Counted from the first letter of the stretch, positions 25,491-39,254 are shown. The stretch: 64,000 nt of DNA from Trichosphaerium sp. ATCC 40318 (GCA_038496445.1 JALMLS010000075.1:248001-312000), one strand, 5' to 3'. Numbers and translations: made by a program. The notes: generated by a model not told the origin, from the letters alone.

Positions 25491-26950
25491 TTATAAACGG
25501 TACCTTATCATGAAGTCTGTTGATCTATTAAGCTTGATAAAAACATGTCTATGTCTACAAAATACAGATAAGCACCCGTTTACTCCCGTCCACGAACGAC
25601 TTACATTATCTCTGATGTTTGCGAAGACGTTATCAGGAGTGACAATGCGGTTGGGTGGCTGTACCTCTGAAATGGAATGAATTTGTTTATTAAGTCTATG
25701 GCTACATTTAAGACCCATAATTTTGGGTTGCTGTTTTAAAGTTTGGAGCGCATTGGCCAGTATTCAAAGGATTGGTCTCATCATCTAATCGAGACGAACG
25801 ATGAAAGTTTTGTCAGAGAAAAGAATACAAATACAAAAAAGTGGAAAATGAGGTAAAAACTGTTTTGGTATATTCTATCGGATCGTCTACTTCGAGTATA
25901 TCTTGGTTGTTATCTCTGGCGTTCCCTCTGAAATGGTCTAAATCTTTAAGAATTGCTGTTTGTTGGCTCCTTAATATTGCAATTTCTTTCGCATACTCTC
26001 TCTTCGCTAACCTCAAGGTTGTCTTCTAACTTTTCGATGTCAAGCAGCGCTTTATCCAGTTGTTGTTCAATTCTTCTGCACTCTTTGATGGCAGCATTCT
26101 TTTTGGCTGTTTTCTGTCGAGCCTCTTCTAACAGTTTATCGTTTTTTGATCTCAATCTTTCACATGTAGAATCCAGTAGTTTGTATTTTTCGTTCAATTC
26201 ATCAAGTTCTGTTGTTAATTTTGTGAGCTTATATTTAATGCAATGCTCTCTCTTCATCTTCTTTGCACAAGAGTTAGTACGCAAACCGCGTCTACAACAC
26301 TCGTTTACTAAAGTTGCATTTATCACTTCTTCACAGAAGTTCGCTTCAGAGTACAAATAACGTGCACCGTATTTAATAGTTGATGTAGGTTTTTTAAATT
26401 TAATTTCCTTTAACTTTTCCTTCAAGTCTGCTTCACATTCTTTAATACGTCCTGAAATCTAGAAAGATTCATTAAATAAGTAATAGTAGGTGTATGGAAC
26501 ACAGAAGAGATAGTATCGTACTATTCTCTCGTAGACTTCATCTGATATATCATTCATAAAAGCTCTTATATTCCTTGCTGATGTAGGGTTATTTGGCTGT
26601 TTTCAGTTAAAACAAAAACGTGTTAGTTAATAAAAATGTTTACTAGGTGACATGAAGAAACCTGATGCCGAAAAAAAGAAGAATCGCACCTGGCCAAACG
26701 TAGATGCTAGACGTCTAAATAATGCCATTTGTTTTACATAGTATTTGCCTTGCTGACGGGACACAGCCATACGGTCATTTCGGTCAGGTGTTTCTTGTGG
26801 GTATCCCGGATTAAGTTGCACACTGCTAGCTCGAGGGTGGTATTCAGAAACCATATCTTGCTGGTACTCCCTTCGTTGATTACCCAATGTATTTTGGAAA
26901 ATTTTGAATTCTCTTGGTGAGTTGATTCGCAGAGTAATCGTTTTTATCAT
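25491..26950 (-). CDS. Hypothetical multi-exon coiled-coil protein
   Basis: Consecutive minus-strand ORFs with GT-AG boundaries and a long heptad stretch (26425-25946). The 3' end is uncertain. Confidence 0.45.
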
Positions 26951-27614
26951 TACATTATGCTTTGCAAACTGTGTGATAGTGCTATTAAAGACATCTGCAA
27001 CCTTTTGTGCATGTATTTGCGTCAGTTCTTATTAAAAAAAGATAGGAATCAGTAATCACGTGATGCATAAAACATTTTCGTTGTCTTTTCTAAAGGTTGT
27101 TACCTTGTGAGGGTACATCGAAAAGTAATGATTGCTTCCTATGGTTTTGTGCACCAGAAAGAGCTTTCCAAACAGCCCTTTCAAGATTACTTGGACTTCC
27201 AATACAAATAAATCCAACAAAACCCCTACATTTGATTACTTTGACCATTTTAAAGCTAACATACAATCTTGTTTGCCGAAAGATAACGTCGCCTGGCTCT
27301 ACGTAAGGTACTTGATCAATGTATCGCATGCTGAGCGTCAGAGGATGATTCTGGCTGTACAAAAAAAATTGTTAGGACTCAACTGCTACTTTTTCTGTAT
27401 TATGACAGTCAGAATCAAATATGCACCTTGAAGAAGCCAAAACGCAAATATCGTACGGTAACGATAGTAATTTGTGCTGTGACGCATCGTAAAACCTAAT
27501 AGAAGGTTGGCGTCCCTGTGCCATAAGTTAAACTGTCAGTTCCTGACACTTACTTAGCACGTGCCTGACTTATCCATTTATCTAAGTAAGCATCACTTGG
27601 AACACGTGATGTTA

Positions 27615-27881
27615 TTGCCCTTTTGCTGAAGTACAACAAAGAACGTTTATCATCTACAATCGATTGTTAGCTCAATCTATGACGTGAAGAGAAATAGACG
27701 TGCGTTTTGAAGTTCGTTTTCGGAAGGCACGGTGCTGTATTTGCAAAAATCTACGCCAGATAGTCTATCACAAAAGTCACGGTACACAACCAATGCTATT
27801 CTAATCTCGCTTTCACCATATTCAGTACTTTGAAATGATATTGTTCGCAATCTTGGTGACGTTGTCTTTCACACCGGCGAT
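27615..27881 (-). pseudogene. Decayed vWA-domain fragment paralogous to the vWA of the Hsp70-vWA gene
   Basis: IAGVKDNVTKIANNII [frameshift] IRIALVVYRDFCDRLSGVDFCKYS...ENELQN versus intact IDGVKKNVPIIVKNIV...IRMALAMYRDFVDGADRLSGIDFCQYS...EDELKK. Intron at the same position, then a stop. MIDAS motif missing. Confidence 0.75.
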
Positions 27882-28085
27882 GCTCTAGCTTCACCTTGTA
27901 CAGAAAATAGCTCGTGTTGTAGTAAAACTCGACTTTAGTCAATTTCTCTAAAAGTTGTTCCTTCACTCGTGCCTTTGGCTCATCGAACCGTGAATAGTGA
28001 ATCAAGGGAGGACTACTTGTGCCACTACAATTTGCTCACAAGGTGCTTAGCAGGCCGAAGTCATAACAAAGTGTATTTGCAATTA

Positions 28086-28145
28086 TCTCTGAGAGACAAT
28101 CCTTTTCAGCCTATGGTCAATTTTGTTAAGAGCATCTCTCAGAGA
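28086..28145. promoter_or_regulatory. Two copies of palindrome TCTCT[G/C]AGAGA (28086-28096, 28135-28145)
   Basis: Exact matches. The second copy ends 38 bp before the ATG at 28184. Confidence 0.65.
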
Positions 28146-28183
28146 TTTTTTTTGTATCTACAATCCAGTGTTAACCACAGATA

Positions 28184-29608
28184 ATGAGCAAACTCACTTT
28201 TGGATTTGAAGACAAGTTCGCACACGAAATAGCGAAATTATGTATTAGAACGTTCCTCGTGCATACGAGACAAATAAACAACAATCAACACTACATTATA
28301 GAAAAACGAAGGAGTTTAAAAGGTTTACGTTTCACCAACTACAACCAGATTTTCTACGGCTCTGAGGTCCCTAAAACTTGGAGCAAAGTAATGCAGTCTT
28401 TCAAAAGCGTTGATCCACAACAGACCAACAAGTTATACAAACAACCTGGCACAGAATTAAGTTCAAAACAAACTGAAGAGTTGCAGAGTCATATAAAATA
28501 CCTACAGGAAGAAAATCATTCTCTAAAAGAAAAATTGAAATCAACTCAAAGAGAGCTACAACAAGCAAGAAAAGAAGCTCTACAGGCGAAAAAAAATCAA
28601 AGAGAACTGAACGTCAAAATGGGTGAAGTTTCTACCAAACTACTTGACACTGAAAAGAAACACAAAGCCGCTTGTAACTACTTAAAAAACCAACGAGAAC
28701 AAGCCATTGAAACGCAAAAAACCAACCTAGCTTGGCAACAACATTGCGACATGTTGGCCAATACAGCTACAGCACAGGCAATTGAGATTCACAACCTTAA
28801 ACAGAAGATTTACAAAGATGCTGAACAATTCAAACAAACTGCAAAGGCAATACGAGAGCAGCACACGAGAGAAATGAAGGAGAAGATTGAAGAGCATAAG
28901 CGGTTTGTAGTTCGTTTGGGAGGAACTCAAAACGACGACAAAACAGCGCTGGCGTTGGAGGAGTTTGATGACTTTTGTGAAAATGTGACTGGTCTGTTTT
29001 TGGACAAATGGTGCGTCACATAATTGCCGTAAGTAGTCTAACAAGTTTGCACAGTGCTCAATTGTCTTGCAGCCCTTCTGAAAAGGATAATGTATACTCA
29101 ACACTTTTCAGTACGCTCATGATTGACTGGCCCACATTTGTTATCAACAACCGGATTACTTTCTCCTCAAATGATCTCAATAGTCCTGAAAGGTACGGCA
29201 TATTGACTCATTTTTGCAGCAACACTGATACAAATCAAGATCCACCCTATGCGCTACAATACTTTCAAATGAAGTAACTACGCTTTTTGAGCGCTACTAC
29301 GTGCGCATTGGTACGAACTTAAATAGTTTAAATATCTTATACATTTTGTAGATGACGACACTCTTGAAGAAATTAAGGATATTTGCTTTGCAGCCATCAA
29401 CCTCTATCACACAATGGAAACTACTATGAACCCTAAATTGTCATTCTTTAGACCACGCAAAACAGAGGCGTTCAACCCAGAAAGACAAATGCCGAGGCAA
29501 ACAAGAATTGTTCCTGTTGTAAGACAGCTCATGAGACCTGGTCTTGAGTGTGCTGTAACTAGGCGTGCTATAAGAAAAGCAGACGTCTTTATCGAACTAC
29601 CTCAATAA
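28184..29608 (+). CDS. Coiled-coil protein with GrpE/MIEAP-like C-terminal head, paralog G1
   Basis: Family motif EEHKRFVVRLGGTQNDD. Last exon PKLSFFRPRKTEAFNPERQ...VVRQLMRPGL...RAIRKADV. Exon structure shared with G2-G5. Confidence 0.8.
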
Positions 29609-29818
29609 ACACCTTAACGATTCCTCGCTTTGGCAAGTTGTTCTCTGAGTTTGTAGTTAGTCAAATACTACTTGTACTTGCTAAACGAATACAACACCTC
29701 TTTGGTGTTCTGGTGTACGGTTTGCAGTGAGCATATATTTTACCATTGGTGTAAAATGGATTCACAGGCGCAAGCAAACAATACTTCCTTGGACCTGCGA
29801 CACGTTCACTGAAGTTTT

Positions 29819-29829
29819 CCTCTGAGAGA
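29819..29829. promoter_or_regulatory. Palindrome variant CCTCTGAGAGA upstream of G2
   Basis: One mismatch to the motif, ending 31 bp before the ATG at 29861. Confidence 0.55.
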
Positions 29830-29860
29830 CATTGACCTATTTCTTACTTTTAACATTAAC

Positions 29861-31276
29861 ATGGCTAATAAGCACAGTAGCAAACTTACATTCCGATACA
29901 CAGCAGATTTCGCTGATACAATGGCACACAATGCGATTTGGATGCATTTATGCGCTAGAGGGTTTAATTATTCTACCTACCCAACAATTGAGCAGCATTC
30001 ATACTATCATTATTTATTTTCAACAGCAGAGGAGTTATTTACTGTGAACAGCGCTGAAAATGTATGGAAGTCAGTAAGCACTGCACATCAACGCAATGAT
30101 GGCTTTTGCCCACCAATACAAGTGAAGAGTATCCAAAACGCTTCGAAGAAAACCAACGTTAAACACCAACAGGAAGCTACAATAAACCGCTTACAACATG
30201 AACTCGCCCGTATCAAAAAAGAAAACATCAGGTTGAGGGAAGAAAACCAAAAAGCGAAAGTAACAGAGAGTGAGTTGCGTTCAAAACTCAAAACAATGCA
30301 AAGAAACAATGACATTAAAAAAAACCAAAGTCATAGTAAGTTGTTTATAGAGAAACGAGAGTGGGAAGCTGAGAAAAAAGGATTCAAAAGAGAACAGAAA
30401 CAAAACAAAGAAAAAATTGCTGACTTACAAGCTCACGTGACCAAAATTACGAAAGAGGCTAATACCAAAGTAAAGTCTCTACGAGAGCAGGGCAAAGATT
30501 GCGAGGCGAAGTACAAGAACGAACTTCAAAAGGCTTACGACACTTTGGAAGCAAAGAAAGAGGAACACAAGCGCTACATTGTTAAATTGTCCGGTACACA
30601 AAACGATGACGCTGTCCGAGACTTCTTAAACAACTATGACACTCTTGTTGATAATGTCTCTAATTTATACCTTGACGCTATGTACCACCATTTCTATATT
30701 TGTTTTACCATCTCTTTCTTACAACTGTTGTAGTCAATCTAAAGTGTTAACTGAAGAGGATAAAGTTCGTTTTTACTCAGAACTATATGGAGTTATAGCA
30801 ATAAACTGGTCAAATTTTGCGTTGAACAACAACATATTATTCAAGATAGAAGAACTAGCTAATACCCAGAAGTAAGTAGCTTATTCATTCCTGACAACTA
30901 ATTATCCTAGGCTTCAGACTGTTGTGGAAATAGTAAGCAATGAAATTTTGCTTGTATTCAAGATGTTCGATATTGGTATCGGTAAGAACTACATTGCTAC
31001 CTCGCTTATTGTAACGCGTAATTAGGTGACAGTTCTAAAGATATTAAAGACATTTCTTTGCAGGCAGTTTGGGCTTTACATACAATGGAAAGCAAGCTTA
31101 ACCCAAAAATCAAGTATTATCGTCCAAGACAAAAAGAACAATACAATCCAGCATCTCAACAATCTCGCCAAAATGCCATTGTACCTGTTGTAAAAGTGCT
31201 TATGCGACCAGGATTACAATGTGGTATCACTCAACGTATCATCAAGAAAGCAGATGTAATCACTCAACTACCTTAG
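29861..31276 (+). CDS. Coiled-coil protein with GrpE/MIEAP-like C-terminal head, paralog G2
   Basis: EEHKRYIVKLSGTQNDD, FYSELYGVIAINWS, final exon HTMESKLNPKIKYYRPRQKEQYNP...LMRPGL...RIIKKADV. Confidence 0.82.
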
Positions 31277-31450
31277 TACCTTGCACAAAATGCTTAAGTT
31301 TACACCAAAAATACTTTACTACAACAGTTTCACAGTCATGAGCGTCGTTTTAAAACAGGACTACAATAAACAAGACTGTCTCGTGCTCGTCATAATATGG
31401 TTTAGTTTATTCTGTTACACATAAAGCATCAAAACAGTTGTCCAATAAGT

Positions 31451-33526
31451 TCATTCCGATTCGCTATCATACTCAGATTCAGATTCAAATGCGCTTGCTG
31501 ATACAAAATTAGCTGTTGAATAAAAGAACTTTAGTCAACGTACTAGCGTATTCAATAGTTGCTTCATATTCACGTCCAGTGTCAACATCGCAAGCGGTTA
31601 TGTCAATAACCTCCCTTCCAAATCTCATACTTACCTCAACCATTCTGAATATTTTTCCAATTGTACTTTGAAGGCCAATACGTATTTTTCCGATTTTAAT
31701 GCATTCCCCAGTATCAACAAACTCAACATTTTTGGAAAAAGACTTGTAAAAGCGTATGGAAACCTCAGGTTGCATTGGAGACATCGGAGAAAATGTGTGT
31801 CTTATGACTTTATCGACACGCACCTCTTGCTGATAACTCACAAATTTACGGAAACCTTTAAAACGATAATAACCACCTGCAGCATAGTACTTTGGTTTTC
31901 CTTTGTCTCTAGATTCATTCCATGGCACAGCAACACGTACGCCATACGTGAACCGCATTATACGTGCTGCGATGATTGACAACTCAGCGCCTACTCTGTT
32001 GTTACCATTTTGTTTACAAGCGTCAACAATGTACCTATAAGAACTGCTCCATCAAGTGTAGCCTCACCAGGATATCTCGGTACAACTATTGATTTATTGA
32101 TTCGCTTGGAGAACTTTGAAATGATCCTGTTTTGTAACAGTAGTGAGGAGCCAAAGCCACCGACAATGAAGATGTAATCGAAGTTGCTTCCAGTTTTCTC
32201 CGCCATCGCTTTACATTGCTCCTCAACCAACTGCTCAATATTGTCCAATGTTGTTTCGAACAATAAACTAGCTTTAGGAACAATAATGGAACGTGAAGAT
32301 TTATCAAACGTGTCATTCTTGAACTGATCCAAAGAATCTAAGAACACGGAAGGTATCTAGTATAATTTTAGTTTTTCGGAAGTAAAAGCAAAAACTACAC
32401 GTACGTTATTGATAATTATACGCTTTGACTCATCTTTGACACGTATTTTAGCCTTTTGCCAGTCGGCTGACAATGACAACCATGCCTCAGGTTGTTTTTC
32501 CTTGAAGTCTGAGATCGTCTTTTCACCAAATTCGCTGACAAGAAATTTCTCAAAAGCAGCATCAATAACAGAGCTTCCATTGTGCCCTCCGGTGCCAACA
32601 GTAAGCTCAACGAGTTGATTATTTACCAACCTTGAAATAAGAATCAACTAATAAACACTCTGTAGTAGTACTTACCTATGAGCTACCAAATCTACAGTGC
32701 CGCCACCAGCGTCCAGAATAAGCAAGGTTTCGTTGTTTTGTAAACTTTTGCTTTGCCTCTCTCGCATATCAATACAATACCCAGCAGCAGCTTCAGGCTC
32801 TAGAACAAACCGAAAATTGCCTTTGTCACCCTTTTCATCAGATATCATTCCTACGGCCTTCAAGACATTAGAGTCTGAAAGTAGTACAATAAATCTGGAC
32901 ACGTACCTTTGCTGCTTTTATCATCGTAGCTTTTTCAGCGTCGCTCCAAATGGCTGGGATCGTCAAACACCACTGTATGATAAAATCCCATTCTCCTGAA
33001 CCGTAAGCGTTATCCCACTCAGATTCCAAGTCTCTCACCAACAGCTTGAGATAATCAACAATCACATCGAATGCCTTTTTCTGCTCTAATAAATTGTAAG
33101 GTTCTTGGAGCCTCCGTCTATTTTGTAGCACGTACGAGTCTTCGTAACATCATATACCATTCCACCAGGGTTTGTTTTTTCATAAATACCCATTTTGAAG
33201 TGCCTAATTTTGAAACGTTTGTATGCGAAAATTGTTGTTCAAAGCGCTTAAATATAGTTCTAGTACCTGTACAAAAACGTATTGGGGACTACAAGAGCAT
33301 CAGATCTCGCTTCAAAGCCCCACGAAACTATTTTTCCTTCCTCATCGTATAGAATCTCTGAGAGAGTTTTGACATAGGGCGTTGGCTGGCACTCCCAATT
33401 GTCCTTTTTAATAGGTTTCGAGTCATGACTGGGTTTGAAATACGCAAAACCACTGAAAGACGTTCCAAAGTCTATGGCTACTATCACGCGCTCGCGACGT
33501 TTGATTGCAGGAACAGTTGAAGCCAT
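31451..33526 (-). CDS. Divergent Hsp70, HSPA12-like (H-A), with short acidic tail
   Basis: VAIDFGTSFSGFAY, WCLTIPAIWSDAEKATM, LEPEAAAGYC, LDAGGGTVDL, VGGFGSS, RIMRFTYGV. Last exon TSAFESESEYDSESE*. No EEVD. Confidence 0.92.
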
Positions 33527-33571
33527 TCTTGTGTCGTTGAGGCACTGTACAACTTAAGTCACTAAGACATA

Positions 33572-33582
33572 TCTCTCAGAGA
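33572..33582. promoter_or_regulatory. Palindrome TCTCTCAGAGA in the 83-bp bidirectional promoter of H-A / G3
   Basis: Exact match between divergent ATGs at 33526 and 33610. Confidence 0.7.
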
Positions 33583-33609
33583 CTTTCAAGCATATTTTGA
33601 AGGGAAAAC

Positions 33610-34934
33610 ATGTCGTCAGGCTATTTGTACCAATACGATTTGAATTTCGCTAACGCAACTGCTAAATACATCATTTCGAACACCCTCTCTAAATCAAATA
33701 AAATGACCAGCGGTACTCGAATAGAACCAGCACCAAACGTTAGGGTCGCTGGCAAGCACTCTAAAGCAAAGAAACTATTTACGGAGAGTGACGCTGAACA
33801 AATACTCTACTCTCCTACCTATCGTAAGCGTGTGTCTAAATCTTCGACCCAAAGTGCTCAGCAAAAAGCTATTTGTGAAAAACAAACCCTTATAGACTCG
33901 CTCATACAGAATCAAGAACTGCTTACAAGAAAAATCGAGGAACTGAAAACAGAAAACAATAAACAAAGCAGAGAAGCACAAGCAATAATAACAACACAGA
34001 GGAACGAAATACAGTGCCTTAAAAAGCAACTTCAAACAAAACCAACACCACGTTTTTATAAGAGAGCTGATACCAAACGACAAATAAAAGCTTATACAAC
34101 CGAAATCAATACGCTCAAAGAAACAATTGCTATCAAAGAAAAGGAGAGAAAAGACCAAGTTCGTGCAAATCTTTTAAATATCGAACAAATTATTGAAGCC
34201 AATAAAGAAGATCATAAGCGATTTGTATTGAATCTATCAGGTACACAAAACAACGACAATGTACGAGAGTTTTTAGAACAATATGACCAGTTTGTTGGTG
34301 ATGTTACAGAACTCTTGCTTGACACAAAGTACAGTCCTATTTAGTCTACTCTATTTACTTATGATACTATAAGATACCCTGAGCATTTTCATGATGACGA
34401 TAAAGATGCATTCTACTCTAGAGTGTTTGGTGAACTTGCTATAAATTGGTCAACATTCTCCTTGAATCATGGCATACCGTATAAAATAGAAGAGCTAGCA
34501 GATGTTCAAAAGTACGATTTACTGTTTTTAAACCCCATACAACGCTGTACTAACGTTTAAATAAGGCAAGTCAAAGTGACAGAATACGTTAATAAATTAC
34601 TTTTTAAGCTGTTTGACACTTCTGGGATGTATCTCCGTACATCGAACTGTAAACCATTAGAATTCTGACTATTAACTTAGGCCCGGCGCTAGTAAATCTG
34701 CTGTATTCTATATCTTGGCAAGCTGTTAGTCTTGTACATACAATGGAAAGTAAACTGAACCCAAAAATCAAGTATTATCGTCCAAGACAAAAAGAACAAT
34801 ACAATCCAGCGTCTCAACAATCTCGCCAAAATGCCATTGTACCTGTTGTAAAAGTACTCATGCGACCAGGATTACAATGTGGTATCACTCAACGTATCAT
34901 CAAGAAAGCAGATGTAATCACTCAACTACCTTAG
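33610..34934 (+). CDS. Coiled-coil protein with GrpE/MIEAP-like C-terminal head, paralog G3
   Basis: EDHKRFVLNLSGTQNND, FYSRVFGELAINWS. Final 63 residues identical to G2. Confidence 0.82.
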
Positions 34935-35239
34935 AATAAACAACCTTTTTCTTTTGAATGAAGATGTGATACGTTTCAAGCGTTATGTTGGACTAGACAA
35001 TACTGACAATACAAAATCGGACAATAGATCGAACAATGGCAAGTAGCAAAGAATCTAAAATCCTTTTTCTTTTTGTTGTATTCCATTTTCTTTCAACATT
35101 GCATCTCACGAGTGTCTATAATGTAGAATAAATCCGCTCGTGTGGCTAGACCAGAGTAGCCAAAGACTGAGCGTCTTTCTACCAGAGGCGCCCTTCGATT
35201 GTATAGTCAACGTCAGTCCAATCTAACAAGTATGTAAAA

Positions 35240-35271
35240 TCTCTCAGAGATAAAAACAATTCTCTCAGAGA
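35240..35271. promoter_or_regulatory. Tandem palindromes TCTCTCAGAGA x2 upstream of Hsp70 H-B
   Basis: Exact matches at 35240-35250 and 35261-35271; ATG at 35308. Confidence 0.7.
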
Positions 35272-35307
35272 CTTTTCACTGTATTTTCAAAAACCAAGTT
35301 TGACTCA

Positions 35308-37185
35308 ATGGCAGCAACACCTCTTAAACGATCTGGTGTACGCTTTGTCGTAGGCCTAGACTTTGGAAACAGTAGTACTGGATGCGGCTTTATAGACTTG
35401 AGCGACAAACGTGAAGAGTTTCATGTATTAAACCTTTCTGGAACTCATGCAAGCTACGACAAGGATGTAAGTGCGATACTTCTCAAGAAGAATGAAACTG
35501 GATGGAAACTAGCAGCTTGTGGTATGGACGCGAAACTAGACTACATGAGTAACGAAGGAACCTCTACAACCCTTTTTTACACCGAGAGTATGAAAGCTCA
35601 TTTGGGGAAAGAAGTCTTCAACCACACTGCGACGACAGATACAATAGACGTTGAGTTTGTAATTTCTACGTACCTTGCTTGGATTAGAGAGACTGTTATG
35701 AAAGAGCTCGGAAAAGAAATGACGGGTGTCGATGCTCACGAACACGTTCGTTGGGTGTTCACTGTGCCAAACAATTACTCAGAAGAACAAATCGAAGCGT
35801 ATAAGAAGTGCATTATTAAGGTAAACCATTTTTTCTCTTTGGTTTGTTTGATTATGTATTGATTCATTGTTGTAGGCTGACTTCGTCGCGAAAGAGGGCG
35901 TTTCTGAAGAATTCTTGATGCTTGTTTCTGAAGCAGAGGCAGCTTCCGTTTATTGTCTGAAAGAGAAGGAGATTACACCAGAAGATGTCTTCTGTTTGTT
36001 GGTAATTGCTTCACTGCTTTAATGATTCTGACGTTATATTTTAGGACGCTGGTGGTGGCACGTGTGACATTACCACGTACAAAGTATCAAAAGGCTCAAA
36101 GCTAGAAGAACAAGCAGCAAAATCCGGTGAGAATATTGGATCAAAACTTCTTGATGAACGTTTCGTGTCACTTCTCAAGACGCGGTTTTCTGAAGAGACT
36201 ATTACGGATATTGCAAAAGAACACGGCGCTGCGTATTTAAAGTTCCTCTTTGCATGGATCACTGCAAAGGAGTCGCAGATAAACGGATACAAAGCAAGAA
36301 ACGTACCTCTTGGAGCACTAGTAGGGCCTCTTATTGAGAAAGGTGTATCAGATGAAGACGTGAATAGAGTGGCTTGTGTAAGAGTAAGTAACATCTTATA
36401 GTATCTACAAGTATTAATCGTACCAAGGTAACGGCAGAGAACATTCATACTATCTACGACAAAACATGTGATTCTGTTTGTACTTTTCTTCAAACTCATA
36501 TCGAGGAAGCTAGTAGCGATGGTATCTCTATTAAGGTACGATCTCATTGATACACATTAAACCGATAATATCGCTTACTATTTTAAAGCAAGTTTTCGTT
36601 GTCGGAGGCTTTGGAAGGAGCAAAATCCTTGCCGATAAGATAACCAAAAAGTTAGCTGTAATTGGGATATGCAAAGACCATATCAAGTTTCAAAAGTACT
36701 CTGGTCGTAGTGCGATGGCCGGAGCTGCGTTCATTGGTAAAGATCCTTCACTTGTACGTCTTAGAAAGATGGATAGAACGTACGGTATAGAAGCCTGTCA
36801 GGTGTATATGCCAGAGTTCCATGACGATTCTTTACCAAAAGTCATAAAAAACGGTGATTTCTACATTGAAAAGTTGTTTGAGTGTTTTGTTCAATACAAA
36901 CAACAGATTGAATTAAACCATACGGTGTCGAAGACATTTGACGTTCCTTCAGGCGCTTCTAGTCTCATTATTAAGCTCCTCAAGTCGTACAAAAAGAGCC
37001 CTATGTTGACGACAGACAGCAGTGTTGTTGAATGTGGACGTATTTTAGTACCTCTTTCAAGACCAACGCCAAAGACAATCACCATCGATTTCTGTCTTGG
37101 TAAAGTAGATATCTCAGTCAAAGCTTTTTTGAAAGACAGCGAACCTCAAGAAAGTAAAATTGGTTTCAACCCAAAATTCTGGTAG
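35308..37185 (+). CDS. Highly divergent Hsp70, HSPA12-like (H-B)
   Basis: VVGLDFGNSSTG, WVFTVPNNY, VSEAEAASVYC, LDAGGGTCDIT, VVGGFGRS, RKMDRTYGI. Confidence 0.85.
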
Positions 37186-37459
37186 TTCAACAATAAAAAA
37201 AAAAGATTCTTCTTTAAGTTGTTCTTTACTATCCATTGCATCTCTTTTTTTTTTTACTAAATGCTCCATATGTTCTACGCCTAGAAACATTTACGAACTC
37301 AAAAACAGTTCAAACCGCTGACAGTTTCCAAGCGGAGCAAAACAATGAGTTGGAAAGTAGTTTTGCACGTGCTTCCAAAACGTTATTGAAAATTTTATTT
37401 ATTGATCCGGCGCATTGCAATACTCTGCAAGTTCTCATTGGCGCTTTTTTCACCTTAGT

Positions 37460-37885
37460 CTAGCATCTGGGGACAGAATAAAATGCCAGTCTGAGCCAAA
37501 GACACCGAGCTACAAATGTGACGTTAACTCCTTTTCGTAAAAAACCCGACACCCAACTTACCTTGTCTGGTAGCGCTACCGGAGGATCAAGAACAGTTCC
37601 GTCGTCTTTAACGCCTGCAATTTTGACAATTTTTGCTTTATCAGATAGCACAGACCATACAGCATCTGCTGTCGGTGGTTTAGCTCCTTCAATCTTGATA
37701 TCGTTTGTGATATAGTTGTGTGGGCGATAATCAGCGTCAATAAGCTCTACTACAACCGATTTTACCTTCCCAGCGTCTCCATAGATATGTAGGGTTGCTC
37801 TTGGACTCTAAAGTACAAAATTACAACTAACGTGGATAAGATGTTGTAAACGCACTTCAAACTCGTGTTGGATCTTATCGGACAT
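37460..37885 (-). CDS. Hypothetical small protein
   Basis: MSDKIQHEFE, an intron, then an open exon (LHIYGDAGKVKSVVVELIDAD...). No family recognised. Confidence 0.45.
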
Positions 37886-38083
37886 CACGTGACTATTCTG
37901 AAAAATGGCGAAATTGCCAAAACAGACTTAATCAGTACGACTTACGGCAATCAAACCTTGCACTTAAATAGCTTCCTTTGGTAAATCGAACTTTTTGTTT
38001 GGTATTTACAACGTTACAGCCATGTCTGTAGGCATCGGACATTGTTTTCTATTTACAAGATTTTTTGTTGTGTACAGATTAAT

Positions 38084-39254
38084 TTACATAGCGGCACATC
38101 CTCGGAATTTTTTTCTTGGTTTTTTGTGCATATCAAGTACACTATCTACTGCCTCTCCAAAAACTACGCAAACAAAACATCAAATCACGTCGTTACAATT
38201 TTTTAATGGAAGTACCTTCTTTTACGCCCCATCCATTCTGAGCGCTAGTTTCAACGTAACTGTGTGCCTGGGTAATGTTGATTAGAATTTCGAAAATTAT
38301 CCAAAAACAAAAATAGTTTACTCGTATTTCCTTGGCTAAAAGAATGCCTTTTATCTGTGATATACAGTCTATAGAATCTTTCACTCGTGTATCAAGCTTT
38401 GTACCAACTAATATAATGGGTGTATCAGGACAGTAACGTCGTAACTCCAAATGCCACTAACAAACGAGTGAATTTCTCTTCGAAACACAGAAAATAAAAT
38501 CCAGTTTAATTTCTTTGAAAGGACAAATGCTCTATTAATACTATACCAGTGCGTATATTGTACCTTTTGTTCTATATTTTCATATGATTTCCAGTCATCT
38601 ATAGCAAAACAAAGCAAAAACACGTGCTACAGAGTTCCATCAATAAGAATTCAAATAAAAATACAAAAAAAAACCCATACTGCTCCAACATAGTCTAAGG
38701 GCCTCAATCTATCGTATTGCTCAAGACCTACAAAACGCTTATCATTACTTAACGCCTACAATACCAAATACTGTATTCCATGGTAGTTACAGCGATTTAA
38801 CGCACCTGCAGTATCCCATAGACCTTGATACAGGTTTAACAATGAAGTAAAAATAAAATAAAAAGAGTACCTAATTCCACGTGTATCGCATCAGAGCACG
38901 TGAGATTTACACTATTCACGCATTAATGCAAACAAAAAAAACAAAAGGAAAATAGAAAATACAAATTATTACATACACAAATGCGTCAAGGAGTGTAGGG
39001 ACATATGTATCCGAGAAGTGATCTGAAAACACGTTTAGAAAAAAAAATATCAAAAAAAAAAACTTAAACTCAATTAAAGCACGTGTTGTCGCCTGGTAAT
39101 AACGTACTTTTTGTGTATCTTATTAATAAAGACGTCTTACCTAAACGTTGAATTAAGTATGTATCATGGGTCCACTATTGTTTAATGTACCAACTTGACC
39201 GTCACCCACTATCACAAGCTTAATACATCTGCTGTTGGTACTTTGTTTTGACAT
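38084..39254 (-). CDS. Rac/Rho-family small GTPase with Leu at the Q61-equivalent position
   Basis: [46 protein letters not shown], polybasic tail and CAAM prenylation motif. Confidence 0.92.

Noticed and set aside
27090-27362. 90-aa minus-strand ORF downstream of the vWA relic
   Set aside because: No similarity to the remaining vWA exons or any family; cannot be linked to a gene model.
31451-37185. Canonical heat-inducible HSP70 or organellar DnaK with mitochondrial GrpE (Mge1)
   Set aside because: No EEVD, KDEL or targeting peptide, no lid region, HSPA12-type motifs. The partners lack clear transit peptides and are far more divergent and multicopy than Mge1.
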